This document shows, piece by piece, positions 31,314 through 41,989 of a stretch of 64,000 nucleotides of DNA (position 1 is the first letter of the stretch; each line of letters begins with the position of its first letter). The translations under genes and the position numbers were made by a program. Source of the stretch: Alphaproteobacteria bacterium (GTDB lineage: Bacteria; Pseudomonadota; Alphaproteobacteria; JAUHZY01). The notes under the pieces were generated by a model. The model was not told where the DNA came from and ran no database searches. It saw only the letters and a list, made by a program, of their open reading frames with translations. The DNA is taken from assembly GCA_030425825.1 (NCBI GenBank), contig JAUHZY010000001.1, positions 838,834 through 902,833 on the forward strand, given 5' to 3'.

Positions 31314-31992
31314 GGATATTACTGATATCGTCCTCTTCATTCTTTTGCTTTGCTTCTTCAACTGATCGCTGTTGCTCTTCCAAAAACTTAGATTTTGGAT
31401 AAAGGCGCTCAACTTGCTGACCGACTTGCCATTTTGCTGCGCGATTTTCTGCACGCAACCAATCTCGTCGTGACATTTTGTTTCGTGACGCTTCCATATT
31501 GTGCTTAGTCTGCGAAACATTTAAATACCCTTGGTTTTGCTTTAACGCCAACTTAAACCAAACATAGGCGCGACCATAGTCTACATCCTGATCACCACGA
31601 CCGTCGGCATACATCATACCAACCGCAGCCATTGCAGGCGCAAATCCTGTCAAGGCAGCACGCTCAAACCATTCAAATGCCTGAACATCATCTTTTTCAA
31701 CACCCCAACCTTCTTCATACATCAGTCCTAGATTGTACTGAGCCCAAGGTTCTTGATCCAATGCAAATGAAAGAAAGCCTGTATGTGCAGCTTTATAGTC
31801 TTTCGCGCGATATACCTCAAAAAGATGATCTATCTTTTCTTCTCGTGTCATAGCCTCCTTAGGCGTAGACGTTTTTTCAGAACCTTCCTCAGAAACCACC
31901 TCTGTAGGCGGATCAAGGTCAACCTTTGGAATACCTTCAGCGTGTAGTGAGCAGCTAAAAAAAACAGTAAATAAAACAACAAAATACTTCAT
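31279..31992 (-). CDS. Secreted Sel1-repeat (TPR-like) protein
   Basis: Signal peptide MKYFVVLFTVFFSCSLHA. Sel1 repeats AQYNLGLMYEEGWGVEKD and AMAAVGMMYADGRGDQDVD. Confidence 0.75.
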   Translation of the reverse strand: MKYFVVLFTVFFSCSLHAEGIPKVDLDPPTEVVSEEGSEKTSTPKEAMTREEKIDHLFEVYRAKDYKAAHTGFLSFALDQEPWAQYNLGLMYEEGWGVEKDDVQAFEWFERAALTGFAPAMAAVGMMYADGRGDQDVDYGRAYVWFKLALKQNQGYLNVSQTKHNMEASRNKMSRRDWLRAENRAAKWQVGQQVERLYPKSKFLEEQQRSVEEAKQKNEEDDISNILREGIQLPQTP

Positions 31993-33002
31993 TAAATATA
32001 ATCCCTCACAAGCACCTCAGCTATTTGAACAGCATTTAAAGCCGCACCTTTCCGCAAGTTATCAGAAACAATCCACATATTTAAGGCATTTTCTGCTGAT
32101 GCATCTTTCCGCAAGCGACTAATAACCGTTGCATCTTCTCCAGCAATCTCAACAGGCGTGACATATCCTCCGTCTTCACGGTTATCAACGACACCTAGGC
32201 CAGGCGACCTACTTAAAACATCTCTTGCCTCTTCTTCACTGATATCGTGTTCAAATTCAATGTTCACCATTTCAGCATGCCCAACAAATACAGGGACGCG
32301 AACACAGTTTGCACAAACTGAAAAGTCTGCGCTCATAATTTTCTTCGTCTCTACATCCATTTTCCATTCTTCTTTTGTGCGACCATCTTCCATAAAAACA
32401 TCAATTTGTGGAATCACATTAAAAGCCATCTGTTTTGTAAAGACCTTCGGTTCAACCTCTTCACCAGAAAAAATTGCACGAGACTGATCAAATAATTCTT
32501 CCATTGACGCACGACCACCGCCTGAAACAGACTGGTACGTTGAAACAACAACGCGCTTGATTGTCGCCAGATCATGCAAAGGCTTTAATGCCAAAACCAT
32601 TTGAATTGTTGAACAGTTTGGGTTGGCGATAATATTTTTCGCTGTATACCCAGCAATCGCATCACTGTTTACTTCAGGCACAATTAGAGGCACCTGCGGA
32701 TCTGTGCGAAAATGTGAAGAGTTATCAATAACAATTGCACCTGCTGCAGCTGCTTTGGGTGCAAACTCTGCAGCAACAGCCCCCCCTGCAGAAGATAAGG
32801 CGATATCTACTTTTGAAAAATCAAACTTATCAAGAGACTCAACCTTGAGTGTTTGCTCACCAAATTCAAGTTCACTACCTTCTGAGCTTGCAGATGCAAC
32901 CGCAAAAACTTCATCAGCCGGGAAGCTTCTTGCCGCTAGTACATCTAGGATTTCTTGACCAACGTTTCCTGTTGCACCAACAACAGCAATCTTATGTCCC
33001 AT
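31992..33002 (-). CDS. asd: Aspartate-semialdehyde dehydrogenase
   Basis: KIAVVGATGNVGQ...NPNCSTI. Confidence 0.9.
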   Translation of the reverse strand: MGHKIAVVGATGNVGQEILDVLAARSFPADEVFAVASASSEGSELEFGEQTLKVESLDKFDFSKVDIALSSAGGAVAAEFAPKAAAAGAIVIDNSSHFRTDPQVPLIVPEVNSDAIAGYTAKNIIANPNCSTIQMVLALKPLHDLATIKRVVVSTYQSVSGGGRASMEELFDQSRAIFSGEEVEPKVFTKQMAFNVIPQIDVFMEDGRTKEEWKMDVETKKIMSADFSVCANCVRVPVFVGHAEMVNIEFEHDISEEEARDVLSRSPGLGVVDNREDGGYVTPVEIAGEDATVISRLRKDASAENALNMWIVSDNLRKGAALNAVQIAEVLVRDYI

Positions 33003-33597
33003 TTTTAACTCCTTCTTTATTTGTTAAGACAATACTTCTTGATATTTGATCATGCAATCCCTGTTTAGAAAAAGAAAACCAGATTGATAAAAGGCTTGAA
33101 ATGAAAAAGATAGAAAAGACACTTAGTAAAGCAAATGGAAAATATGGAATATACAACAAACTTAAAGGTAAAATAATCAACAGCATCTCTGGCCAAAAAG
33201 AATAGCCCAGGTAAATCATGAAAAATGGCAACAAAACGAGAAGATAGAAAACACTATACAAAGGACTTGCCAGCACACGAACAAAAACACGCCCTATTCC
33301 AGCGGCTCTTCCATAATAGTTCGCAACAACAATGTTCATTTTCTTTTGACCGAAGCTACAGCCAAGTTTGAAAAAACAAACGACATAATAAAGCCACATG
33401 CAGCCTATTGTTAAAAACACTTTAAGCAAAAATGCAAATGGCATTTGAACCAATTGAAACAACATGAAAGCATCCTTTGTCACCCAAAAACTGTCAATAA
33501 AAAAGCTGACGACAAAACCCAAAGCAATAAAAACAATAAAATCAATGCAGGCAGCAAGAAATCTGTCTGACAGTGGGGCAAAAGAAAAGTTCATCAT
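32992..33597 (-). CDS. RDD-family membrane protein
   Basis: N-terminal LSDRFLAACIDFIVF and multiple TM segments. Confidence 0.6.
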   Translation of the reverse strand: MMNFSFAPLSDRFLAACIDFIVFIALGFVVSFFIDSFWVTKDAFMLFQLVQMPFAFLLKVFLTIGCMWLYYVVCFFKLGCSFGQKKMNIVVANYYGRAAGIGRVFVRVLASPLYSVFYLLVLLPFFMIYLGYSFWPEMLLIILPLSLLYIPYFPFALLSVFSIFFISSLLSIWFSFSKQGLHDQISRSIVLTNKEGVKNGT

Positions 33598-33607
33598 ATC
33601 CTCGGAA

Positions 33608-33643
33608 TAAAAAAAGCCTGTCTCCAGAATGCCAGAGACAGGC
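33608..33643 (-). terminator. Rho-independent terminator after rplS
   Basis: 9-bp stem GCCTGTCTC...GAGACAGGC with T-run on the minus strand. Confidence 0.6.
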
Positions 33644-33671
33644 TTTAAAATTTTTAAATCTTATTTAAAGA

Positions 33672-34109
33672 CTAGCTCTCTGTTTTTTCTGCAGCTTTTG
33701 GTTTTGATTCAACCTTAGGCGCAGCCTCATCAGCTGTTTTCTTTTTAACATGCGTTCTTTTTTCTGCAATACGTGCTTTTTTACCACGCAATTCACGAAG
33801 ATAGTAAAGTTTTGCACGACGAACGATACCACGACGCACAACTTCAATATTGTCAATCATTGGACCGTAAAGTGGGAAAACACGCTCAACACCTTCGTTG
33901 TAAGAAATCTTACGAACTGTGAAAGATGAGTTTACACCATCATTACTGCGCGCGATACAAACACCTTCAAAAGCCTGGATACGCTCACGCTCACCTTCTT
34001 TAACTTTGATGTTTACACGCAAAGTATCACCAGCAGCAAATTCAGGGATCTCCCTGCCTTCTACCAGTCTTTTAACTTCTTCTTGTTCAACTTGCTGTAA
34101 CAAATTCAT
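33672..34109 (-). CDS. rplS: 50S ribosomal protein L19
   Basis: [30 protein letters not shown].... Confidence 0.9.
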   Translation of the reverse strand: MNLLQQVEQEEVKRLVEGREIPEFAAGDTLRVNIKVKEGERERIQAFEGVCIARSNDGVNSSFTVRKISYNEGVERVFPLYGPMIDNIEVVRRGIVRRAKLYYLRELRGKKARIAEKRTHVKKKTADEAAPKVESKPKAAEKTES

Positions 34110-34126
34110 TTTCTTCTCCTGGACTT

Positions 34127-34852
34127 TTAAACGTCTTCAGACTTTTTCTTATAATTTTTCCACAAATCGGGGCGCCTCAAACGGGTTATTTCTTCCCTGC
34201 TTTCTAGGCGAAAGCTCTTTATACACGCATGATTGCCCGAAAGCAAGAGAGAAGGTACACTTTTTTTTACTTTTTCTTCACCTTGTAAGACTTCCCAAAT
34301 TTCTGGTCTTGTATAGTGCGGATATTCCAGCAGACCATTTGCAAAACTTTCTTCTTCGTGTGTTTCTTGATTTGAAACAACACCTGGCAACAAACGTACG
34401 CAAGAATCTAGCAAAACCTGTGAAGCCACCTCGCCACCAGACAAAATGTAATCACCAATTGATATCTCAACCATATCATGATGCTCAATCACCCGCTGAT
34501 CAACGCCTTCATAACGTCCACATAGAATTTTTACACCATCCTCTTTGGCAAAAATCTCGACTTGCTCCTGTGTGAGCGGCTTCCCTCTTGGTGTTAAATA
34601 GACAGTTTTTCCCGGTTTATTTGCGAATGCCTGCAAAGCGTTATCAACAACATCTGCACGCATCACCATTCCGGCGCCGCCGCCGTAAGGCGTATCATCA
34701 ACTGTTTTGTGCTTGTCAAAAGCATAATCACGTATTTGAACTGTCTCCAGCGACCAAATATCTTTTTTTAAAGCTCTTCCTGCCAGTGAATACCCTAAAC
34801 TGCCCGGAAACATTTCAGGAAATAGTGTAAAAACCGTTGCTTGCCACGTCAT
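34127..34852 (-). CDS. trmD: tRNA (guanine37-N1)-methyltransferase
   Basis: [17 protein letters not shown]...[13 protein letters not shown]. Confidence 0.9.
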   Translation of the reverse strand: MTWQATVFTLFPEMFPGSLGYSLAGRALKKDIWSLETVQIRDYAFDKHKTVDDTPYGGGAGMVMRADVVDNALQAFANKPGKTVYLTPRGKPLTQEQVEIFAKEDGVKILCGRYEGVDQRVIEHHDMVEISIGDYILSGGEVASQVLLDSCVRLLPGVVSNQETHEEESFANGLLEYPHYTRPEIWEVLQGEEKVKKSVPSLLLSGNHACIKSFRLESREEITRLRRPDLWKNYKKKSEDV

Positions 34853-34864
34853 TATTTTCTCCAA

Positions 34865-34900
34865 ACAAAAAAAAGCGCACATCAAAAATTATGTGCGCTT
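34865..34900 (-). terminator. Rho-independent terminator
   Basis: Perfect 10-bp stem AAGCGCACAT..ATGTGCGCTT plus T-run on the minus strand, between the 61-aa ORF and trmD. Confidence 0.6.
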
Positions 34901-34935
34901 CTTATTATCAGCTTTAGAGCATCTCTAAAAGCTTC

Positions 34936-35121
34936 TTATCGTTCCATACCCTGCAAAGCCATCGGGTTAACTTGTTGCTGCTCAGAGCCACCCGTCAAAC
35001 CATAAAACATCGAAGAGTCTTTCAGAAACTGGTCTACCACACTATCTCCAGCTGGTTTAACAGCACTGAGGCGGTTTGCCATAAAGCTTGAATTGTTGAA
35101 ATTATCACTCATGTTCTTCAC
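34936..35121 (-). CDS. Small hypothetical protein (61 aa)
   Basis: AGGAG RBS 8 nt upstream. Own terminator. No recognisable family. Confidence 0.45.
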   Translation of the reverse strand: MKNMSDNFNNSSFMANRLSAVKPAGDSVVDQFLKDSSMFYGLTGGSEQQQVNPMALQGMER

Positions 35122-35409
35122 TCCTGTTTTGGGCGTTCAAAGTGGGTCATTTTAACCCTTTATTGCGTCGATAAATCTTCTTTCCAACGTTAGATAAGTA
35201 TGACATAAAAACATCATCTTGTCAATTTAGTGCCAAACAAGATTTTACTATCCTTGATTTTGGCAACAAGTTGTGATCAAAGCCATTTTCATCACAACAT
35301 CTAGTTTAAAGTTTGTTTATTGTTATTTTTTTCGTGACATTAAAACAAAGGCTTGTCTTCCCCCCAGAAGGGGTTATAGAATCCTCTTTAAACAATTTTT
35401 AGACTAAAA

Positions 35410-36477
35410 GTGAAGAATACAATGGATTTTGCCTTACCTTTTTCTGCCCCAGTGTCGCTTGTGAGCTCCAAAGTTCTTGGTAACGCCCCTCTACAGGCAG
35501 AAGCAGAAAACCAAATCGACCCAACGCTAGATTTAGAGGCTGAGATATCTCGCCTTAAAAAAGACATGAATGCTGTTATTCTTGCGCATTACTACCAAGA
35601 TGGCGACATTCAAGATCTCGCAGACTTTGTTGGTGACTCGCTGGACCTTTCGCGCAAGGCTGCGAACACAGATGCGGATGTGATCGTTTTTTGTGGTGTA
35701 AAGTTTATGGCTGAAACAGCCAAAGTGTTGAGCCCCCAGAAACTTGTCCTTCTTCCCGATGAAAAAGCAGGCTGCTCGCTAGAACAGTCTTGCCCGCCAG
35801 CTGACTTTAAAGTTTTTCGCGAAAAATATCCTGACCACATTGCCGTCACTTATATTAATTGCTCAGCAGAAATAAAAGCATTGTCGGATATTATCTGCAC
35901 ATCAACAAATGCAGAGCAAATCATCCGTCAAATTCCCAAAGATCAGCCTATCATCTTTGCTCCAGACCGCCATCTTGGCGCTTACATTTCCAAGAAAACA
36001 GGGCGAGATATGGTCTTATGGCAAGGAACATGCGTTGTACACGAACAATTCTCAGTCAAAGAAATGGTGAAATTGAAAACAATCCACCCTGATGCAAAGG
36101 TTGCGGCACACCCAGAATGCCCAGAAGACCTTTTAAAACATGCTGACCATATTGGCTCAACCTCTTCTCTCTTAAAATATGTAACAGAAGACAGCGCTCA
36201 GAAATACATCATTGCGACCGAACCTGGCATTATTCATCAAATGCAAAAAGCAGCCCCACACAAAGAGTTTATTGGTGCACCAGGTGCAGACGGAAAATGC
36301 TCATGCAACACATGTCCCTTTATGGCATTAAACACGATGGAAAAGCTCTACCTTACAATGAAAAACAAAACACCCGCCATCGAAGTACCTGATACCCTAC
36401 GCGCACAAGCGCTCCTTCCCCTAGATCGCATGTTAAAAATGTCACAAAACATCCCAACCAGTAAAATCTCTACGTAA
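35410..36477 (+). CDS. nadA: Quinolinate synthase
   Basis: NadA family pattern with CSCNTCPFM Fe-S cysteines. Confidence 0.9.
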   Translation: MKNTMDFALPFSAPVSLVSSKVLGNAPLQAEAENQIDPTLDLEAEISRLKKDMNAVILAHYYQDGDIQDLADFVGDSLDLSRKAANTDADVIVFCGVKFMAETAKVLSPQKLVLLPDEKAGCSLEQSCPPADFKVFREKYPDHIAVTYINCSAEIKALSDIICTSTNAEQIIRQIPKDQPIIFAPDRHLGAYISKKTGRDMVLWQGTCVVHEQFSVKEMVKLKTIHPDAKVAAHPECPEDLLKHADHIGSTSSLLKYVTEDSAQKYIIATEPGIIHQMQKAAPHKEFIGAPGADGKCSCNTCPFMALNTMEKLYLTMKNKTPAIEVPDTLRAQALLPLDRMLKMSQNIPTSKIST

Positions 36478-37313
36478 TGCCTTACAACCATCTCATTTCA
36501 CAATTCCTTGCAGAAGACCTGAAAGATGCAGGAGACATCACATCTAAAGCTTTATTCAGCGAACAAGACTTTTTAAAAGCAAACCTAAACTGTCGAGAAG
36601 ACATGGTTATTGCAGGCCTTGAGATTGCGAAAGAAGTTTTTCTTTTTATCGACCCAAACATCACCTTCAAAGCATATGTAAAAGATGGTGATAACGTCAA
36701 AAAAGGAACAACCATTGCCTTGGTTGAAGGCCCTGCCACACCACTTTTATCAGCAGAGAGAACAGCCCTCAACCTTCTACAACACTTATGTGGTATAGCC
36801 ACATATACACGGACATATGTAGAAAAAATTGCACACACTTCTGCAAAGCTGCTTGATACACGAAAAACGACCCCAGGGCTACGTGACTTAGAAAAAATGG
36901 CAACCAAGCTTGGTGGCGCAACCAACCACCGCATGGGGCTTTATGATGCCATTATGATAAAGGATAACCACTTAGCCACTTTAAAAGAAGCATTTCCAAA
37001 TCAAGAAATTGAAAAAGCGATTGAAAAATGCCGAGACGCAGGCCATCACTTTATTGAAATTGAGTGCGATACATTAGAACAGTTTCAACAGGCCTTGCAG
37101 GCAGGTGCCAACCGCATTCTTCTAGACAACATGCCAACAGAAACACTAGCAAAAGCTGTAAAAATCAATCAAGGACAGTGTGAGCTGGAAGCTTCTGGCA
37201 ATGTTTCACTAGAAACAATAAAGTCAATTGCAGAAACAGGTGTAGATTATATCTCAGTTGGCCGCATCACACACTCCGCAGAAGCCGTCGATATCGGTTT
37301 AGATTTTTATTAA
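36477..37313 (+). CDS. nadC: Nicotinate-nucleotide pyrophosphorylase (carboxylating)
   Basis: LLDTRKTTPGLR..., IMIKDNH. Confidence 0.9.
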   Translation: MPYNHLISQFLAEDLKDAGDITSKALFSEQDFLKANLNCREDMVIAGLEIAKEVFLFIDPNITFKAYVKDGDNVKKGTTIALVEGPATPLLSAERTALNLLQHLCGIATYTRTYVEKIAHTSAKLLDTRKTTPGLRDLEKMATKLGGATNHRMGLYDAIMIKDNHLATLKEAFPNQEIEKAIEKCRDAGHHFIEIECDTLEQFQQALQAGANRILLDNMPTETLAKAVKINQGQCELEASGNVSLETIKSIAETGVDYISVGRITHSAEAVDIGLDFY

Positions 37314-38383
37314 GACCGCCTCATCACAGGCTTAAGTTTCAATTCAAAAACAACACGCAGTGACAGCGCGAACAAAACCAATGCCATTGCTTGGTGGAGA
37401 GCACCAAGAAAAACAGGCACATGTAGAAGCAGAGTCAAAATACCCAGGAAAAACTGGAGCAAAACAGCAGCGCATACAAAAAGGCAGATCTGCGAAACAG
37501 GCCACATTCTTTCTCGGCACAAGACATATAAGCGTAAATTCACAGCAAGCGTGATCAACACTGTCAAAACAGCCAAAACACGGTGATTAAACTGTACAGT
37601 CGCAGGGTGCTGGAAAAAGTTCTGCCAAACAGGGTCTAGAAACAGGTAATCATCAGGAACAATATGCCCTCCCATTAAGGGAAAAGTATTATAGATTAGG
37701 CCGGCATCATTTCCGGCGACAAATGCACCGGATAAGATTGTCATAAAAATACAAAAAACAGGGATATAAGAAAGAAAATAAAAAGATTCATTCTTCTTTT
37801 TAAAATGTCTTTCTGTCTTAAATTGTCGCCACCCTACCCAAAACAGAAGACCAAATAAAAAAACAGCAAACCCGAGATGCAAGGTAAGCCTATAAGGGTC
37901 AACAGAAGGAACATCATTCAGGCCACTTTGCACCATAAACCAACCTATAAACCCTTGAAACCCTCCTAAAAAAAGCAATCCTAAGAAGACAAAAAACTGG
38001 CGTTTCGTAAGCGATTTTTTAATAAAAAACCAACAAAGTGGTACAAAGAAAACAATGCCGATAAGCCTTCCCCAAAGACGATGTATAAACTCCCACCAAA
38101 AAATTGATTTAAAATCAGCTAGCGACATCCATGTATTAATTTTTTGAAACTCAGGAGACGCTTTGTAAAGGTCAAAAACACGCAACCATTCGCCCTCAGA
38201 AAACGGGGGGAAAAAACCTGTTAAAGGTCTCCACTCAACCATTGAAAGGCCCGACTCTGTCAGGCGTGTTGCGGCACCAATAACAGCCATAAAGAACACC
38301 ATAACAGCGCAAACGACAAGCCACCAACCAATATAAGGTGTTGTCATATTATGTTTTTCTCTAAAAAAGTTTTTCATACTCAT
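37310..38383 (-). CDS. ctaA: Heme A synthase (COX15/CtaA)
   Basis: Polytopic. TESGLSMVEWRP... conserved His pairs. Confidence 0.85.
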   Translation of the reverse strand: MSMKNFFREKHNMTTPYIGWWLVVCAVMVFFMAVIGAATRLTESGLSMVEWRPLTGFFPPFSEGEWLRVFDLYKASPEFQKINTWMSLADFKSIFWWEFIHRLWGRLIGIVFFVPLCWFFIKKSLTKRQFFVFLGLLFLGGFQGFIGWFMVQSGLNDVPSVDPYRLTLHLGFAVFLFGLLFWVGWRQFKTERHFKKKNESFYFLSYIPVFCIFMTILSGAFVAGNDAGLIYNTFPLMGGHIVPDDYLFLDPVWQNFFQHPATVQFNHRVLAVLTVLITLAVNLRLYVLCRERMWPVSQICLFVCAAVLLQFFLGILTLLLHVPVFLGALHQAMALVLFALSLRVVFELKLKPVMRRS

Positions 38384-38883
38384 TTTTTCGGCAAAACCTT
38401 AAAAAGTTTTGGACCTTCTTTCTTAAGCCATATTCTCGCTTTTTTGTGATCAGGGTATAAGTCATCAACCAAAGACCAAAATTCACGACTATGATTCATG
38501 TGGATCATGTGTGCAACCTCGTGGGCGACAACATACTCTAAAACATAAGGAGGTGCCATGATTAATCGCCAAGAAAATGAAAGATTTTTTTTTGAAGAAC
38601 AACTCCCCCACTGAGAGGTTGTATCTTTTATTGAAACCCTATTGGCTTTTTTATTAATTTTTTTGGTGTAATGATAAACTTTATCCGAAACTTCTTTTTT
38701 TGCCTGTTCTTTTAACCAGTCCATCAACCGCCTTCTTATATATCTTTTTTCCCCTGGAACAAAAAAAGAACCATTTTTGATTTCAACCACGCCCCTTTTC
38801 ATATCGACATGCTCAACGTGAAGCAGCTCTCCTTTAAAAGGTACCCTCTTTAAGGCTAAAAAACCTGAAAAAACAGAAATCAT
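38380..38883 (-). CDS. YgjP-like (DUF45/M48-related) metal-dependent hydrolase
   Basis: VVAHEVAHMIHMNHSREFW HExxH motif. Start set at MISVF; the longer ORF would cover the flgE1 promoter. Confidence 0.7.
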   Translation of the reverse strand: MISVFSGFLALKRVPFKGELLHVEHVDMKRGVVEIKNGSFFVPGEKRYIRRRLMDWLKEQAKKEVSDKVYHYTKKINKKANRVSIKDTTSQWGSCSSKKNLSFSWRLIMAPPYVLEYVVAHEVAHMIHMNHSREFWSLVDDLYPDHKKARIWLKKEGPKLFKVLPKK

Positions 38884-38955
38884 AGTGGCTTCCCCGCAAC
38901 AAACTTGCTTCTCCAACATCAGATTCATCTTGAAAAAAGCGATAAAGACCAAAAC

Positions 38956-38971
38956 TGGCACAAGCACTGCA
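38956..38971 (+). promoter_or_regulatory. Sigma54 (-24/-12) promoter TGGCACaagcaCTGCA upstream of flgE1
   Basis: GG and GC at canonical 10-nt spacing, 40 nt upstream of the flgE1 ATG. Confidence 0.55.
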
Positions 38972-39011
38972 CTGAATATATCGGATTATTTAAAGAAGGA
39001 CTATTTGTTTT

Positions 39012-40520
39012 ATGAGTGTATTTGGTGCGATGACGACGGGTGTATCTGGGCTGAAAGGCTTTGGCGGCGCTTTGAATCATATCTCTGAGAATATATCGAA
39101 TGTGACGACCTTGGGTTACAAGCGTGTTGAGACACGTTTTTCAACGCTTGTAACGACGTCGACATCACGAGTTCATAATGCAGGTGGTGCGAATATTAAG
39201 CCTTCTTTCAGGATCAGCTCTCAGGGTCTTCAACAACAATCTGACGTATCGACACACTTATCTGTAACAGGTGAAGGGATGTTTACGGTCACAGATCAAT
39301 TGCCTGTTTCTGCGATTACATCTTATGGTCGGAACTCGTTTTATACGCGTGCGGGTGATTTTATTGTTGATCAAGATGGGTATTTGAAAAACGGTGCGGG
39401 ATATTATCTGCAGGGTTGGACAACAGATTCAAGTGGTGATGTGATTAACACCTCGCAATTGGCACCATTGCGTGTCACAGATATTGTTGATGCACCAATG
39501 CAGACAACAACGATTGATTATAATGTGAATGTGCCATCCGGGGTACCACAGCCTTCTGATGTTGACCTTTATAATAGCACAAGCCCCGCAGATGCCTTAG
39601 ACCCAACACATGGAGCATATGGCTCTGTCTTTGGCCCAAACCAGATCCTAATCTATGACTCATTAGGTGGCGAGCATTCTCTGAGTATGTACTGGACAAA
39701 AGTCCCTGCAAACAGGGCTGTAGGTGCTGGAAGTGTTTTTGGGAATAATGCCAACCCAAATAAATGGCTTGTTTCCATCATTCCATCCTCCTCGATTCCT
39801 GGCGTTACAATTGAAACAGAATTCAATGGTATTGGTGCAGCACCACAAACAGAGGCACGCGAACTAGGTATTGAGTTTAATTCTGATGGATCAATTGCTG
39901 GCATCTACCGAAACGAGTCACACAATGTTTATAACACAGGCGCAGCAGCTCCTCCAGGGATTGCTGGTTGGTCATCTATGGTTTTAGAACCATCTGCCAG
40001 CGTCGACATAGACTTGGTATATACGGGCGGCACATACTTACCAACAAGCGCACAAACAGTCACCATTGATTTTGGCACCTTGAATGCAACATCAGGCTCA
40101 ACAACACAGTGGAACGAGCCAGATATTTCGATCAGAAATTTCTTGCAGGATGGCAACCCTGCTGGTGCGGTTGAAAATATTGATATTGATGGCGAAGGTC
40201 TGATCAATCTGAATTTTGATAATGGTAATTCAACGCCACGCTATAAAATTCCTATCGCACGTTTTGCAAACTATAATGGCCTTCAACTGATCGACGGCAA
40301 TGCCTACCTTGCAACCAGCTTTTCTGGTGATGCCTTTTATGCAGCAGCAGGTGATAACGGGCTGGGAACAATTACATCAAATAATCTTGAGCTGTCGAAT
40401 GTTGATTTGGCAGACGAGTTCACAAAAATGATCGTTGTACAAAGAGCTTACAGCGGCAATGCACGTGTCGTGACAGTCGCTGCACAATTACTGGAAGAAG
40501 TCACCGCAATTACACGATAG
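39012..40520 (+). CDS. flgE: Flagellar hook protein FlgE (paralogue 1)
   Basis: N-terminal MSVFGAMTTGVSGLKG..ISENISNVTTLGYKR and C-terminal SNVDLADEFTKMIVVQRAYSGNARVV rod/hook motifs. 502 aa. Confidence 0.85.
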   Translation: MSVFGAMTTGVSGLKGFGGALNHISENISNVTTLGYKRVETRFSTLVTTSTSRVHNAGGANIKPSFRISSQGLQQQSDVSTHLSVTGEGMFTVTDQLPVSAITSYGRNSFYTRAGDFIVDQDGYLKNGAGYYLQGWTTDSSGDVINTSQLAPLRVTDIVDAPMQTTTIDYNVNVPSGVPQPSDVDLYNSTSPADALDPTHGAYGSVFGPNQILIYDSLGGEHSLSMYWTKVPANRAVGAGSVFGNNANPNKWLVSIIPSSSIPGVTIETEFNGIGAAPQTEARELGIEFNSDGSIAGIYRNESHNVYNTGAAAPPGIAGWSSMVLEPSASVDIDLVYTGGTYLPTSAQTVTIDFGTLNATSGSTTQWNEPDISIRNFLQDGNPAGAVENIDIDGEGLINLNFDNGNSTPRYKIPIARFANYNGLQLIDGNAYLATSFSGDAFYAAAGDNGLGTITSNNLELSNVDLADEFTKMIVVQRAYSGNARVVTVAAQLLEEVTAITR

Positions 40521-40521
40521 A

Positions 40522-41211
40522 CTAAAGAAGCCCCAAGGACTTAAAGCTTTCATGGCGCTCTAAACCAATAATGATATGATCATGCAAGACGATCCCAACG
40601 GCCTTGGCAGCTTTATTAATTTTCATTGTGATGTCGATGTCTGACTGTGAAGGCTGAGGGTCGCCTGATGGGTGGTTGTGAACCATAACAATACCAGCCG
40701 CGCCAACCTCCAAGCATCTTCTGATCACCTCACGCGGATAAATTGGCGCCTCATTGATGGTTCCTTTACTTTGAAGCTCATCCTTTATGAGCTTATTCTT
40801 ACCATCTAAAAACAAAAGCCTAAACTGTTCTTGTTTTTCATGTGCTAAAACTGTTCTGTAATAGTCTACGACTTGCTGCCAAGAAGAAAAGATTGGCTTT
40901 TTTAAAATTTGCTCTTCACCAAATTTACAAGAGATCAAATGAATAAGCTTAAAAAGTGTCGCAGCATTTTCTCCTATTCGAGGAAACTTTTTCAGCTCTT
41001 CTGTAGACGCTGAAAAAATACGCTCGAAGCTCCCAAAATGTGCCAAGAGGTCTTTTGCCAACGGCTTTACATCAATACGAGGAATGGCATAAAACAAGAC
41101 GAGCTCCAAAAGCTCGTAATCTGCTAACCCCAAGCCTTCGGCCTTTAAGAACTTTTCTTTTAGCCTTTGACGATGTCCATGTTGATGTGGCTTATTCATT
41201 TTTTTCTGCAT
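40522..41211 (-). CDS. radC: DNA repair protein RadC (JAB/MPN domain)
   Basis: HNHPSGDPQPSQSDIDITMK JAMM motif. Confidence 0.85.
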   Translation of the reverse strand: MQKKMNKPHQHGHRQRLKEKFLKAEGLGLADYELLELVLFYAIPRIDVKPLAKDLLAHFGSFERIFSASTEELKKFPRIGENAATLFKLIHLISCKFGEEQILKKPIFSSWQQVVDYYRTVLAHEKQEQFRLLFLDGKNKLIKDELQSKGTINEAPIYPREVIRRCLEVGAAGIVMVHNHPSGDPQPSQSDIDITMKINKAAKAVGIVLHDHIIIGLERHESFKSLGLL

Positions 41212-41989
41212 AAACAAAAGGATTATGCCACCCTTTTGGTGATAAGGTAAAAATTTCACAGCCATCTGATGTAACAGCCATTGTATGCTCGAATTGAGCT
41301 GATAGCGATCTATCTTTTGTTACTGCCGTCCAGCCATCATCTAAAATTTTACAAGCGAACTTTCCTGCATTAACCATTGGTTCAATTGTAAAAAACATCC
41401 CCTCTTCAAGCATCAACCCTGTGCCAGGCTCACCATAATGCACAATAGATGGCTCCATGTGGAATGTTTGACCAATACCATGACCACAAAAGTCCCGAAC
41501 AACTGAAAAACGATGAGATTCTGCATATTCTTGAATAATATGCCCGATATCTCCAAGTGTTGTGCCAGGCTTAACAATATCAATTGCCCTCATCAAAGAA
41601 TCATATGTCACCTGAACAAGATTTTTTGCTTTGACAGATATTTTGTCCCCAACAAAGTACATACGACTTGTGTCACCATGCCAACCATCTACAATAACTG
41701 TCACATCAATATTAACAATATCACCATTTAACAGTTTCTTATCACCAGGTATACCGTGGCAAATCACATGATTGACGGATGTACAAATTGACTTCGGAAA
41801 ACCCTTATAATTTAGCGGTGCAGGAATTGCTCCACGGTCAACGATAAAATCATGGCAAAGCGTATTCAGTTTTTCTGTTGTCACGCCAGGCGCAACAAAC
41901 GGTGTAATATAATCAAGCGTTTCTGCCGCCAGCTTTCCTGCAACACGCATTTTTTCGAAATCTTGTTTTTTATGTATTTTAACATTCAT
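41192..41989 (-). CDS. map: Methionine aminopeptidase type I
   Basis: FKGFPKSICTSVNHVICHGIP..., metal ligands D/H/E. Confidence 0.9.
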   Translation of the reverse strand: MNVKIHKKQDFEKMRVAGKLAAETLDYITPFVAPGVTTEKLNTLCHDFIVDRGAIPAPLNYKGFPKSICTSVNHVICHGIPGDKKLLNGDIVNIDVTVIVDGWHGDTSRMYFVGDKISVKAKNLVQVTYDSLMRAIDIVKPGTTLGDIGHIIQEYAESHRFSVVRDFCGHGIGQTFHMEPSIVHYGEPGTGLMLEEGMFFTIEPMVNAGKFACKILDDGWTAVTKDRSLSAQFEHTMAVTSDGCEIFTLSPKGWHNPFVYAEKNE

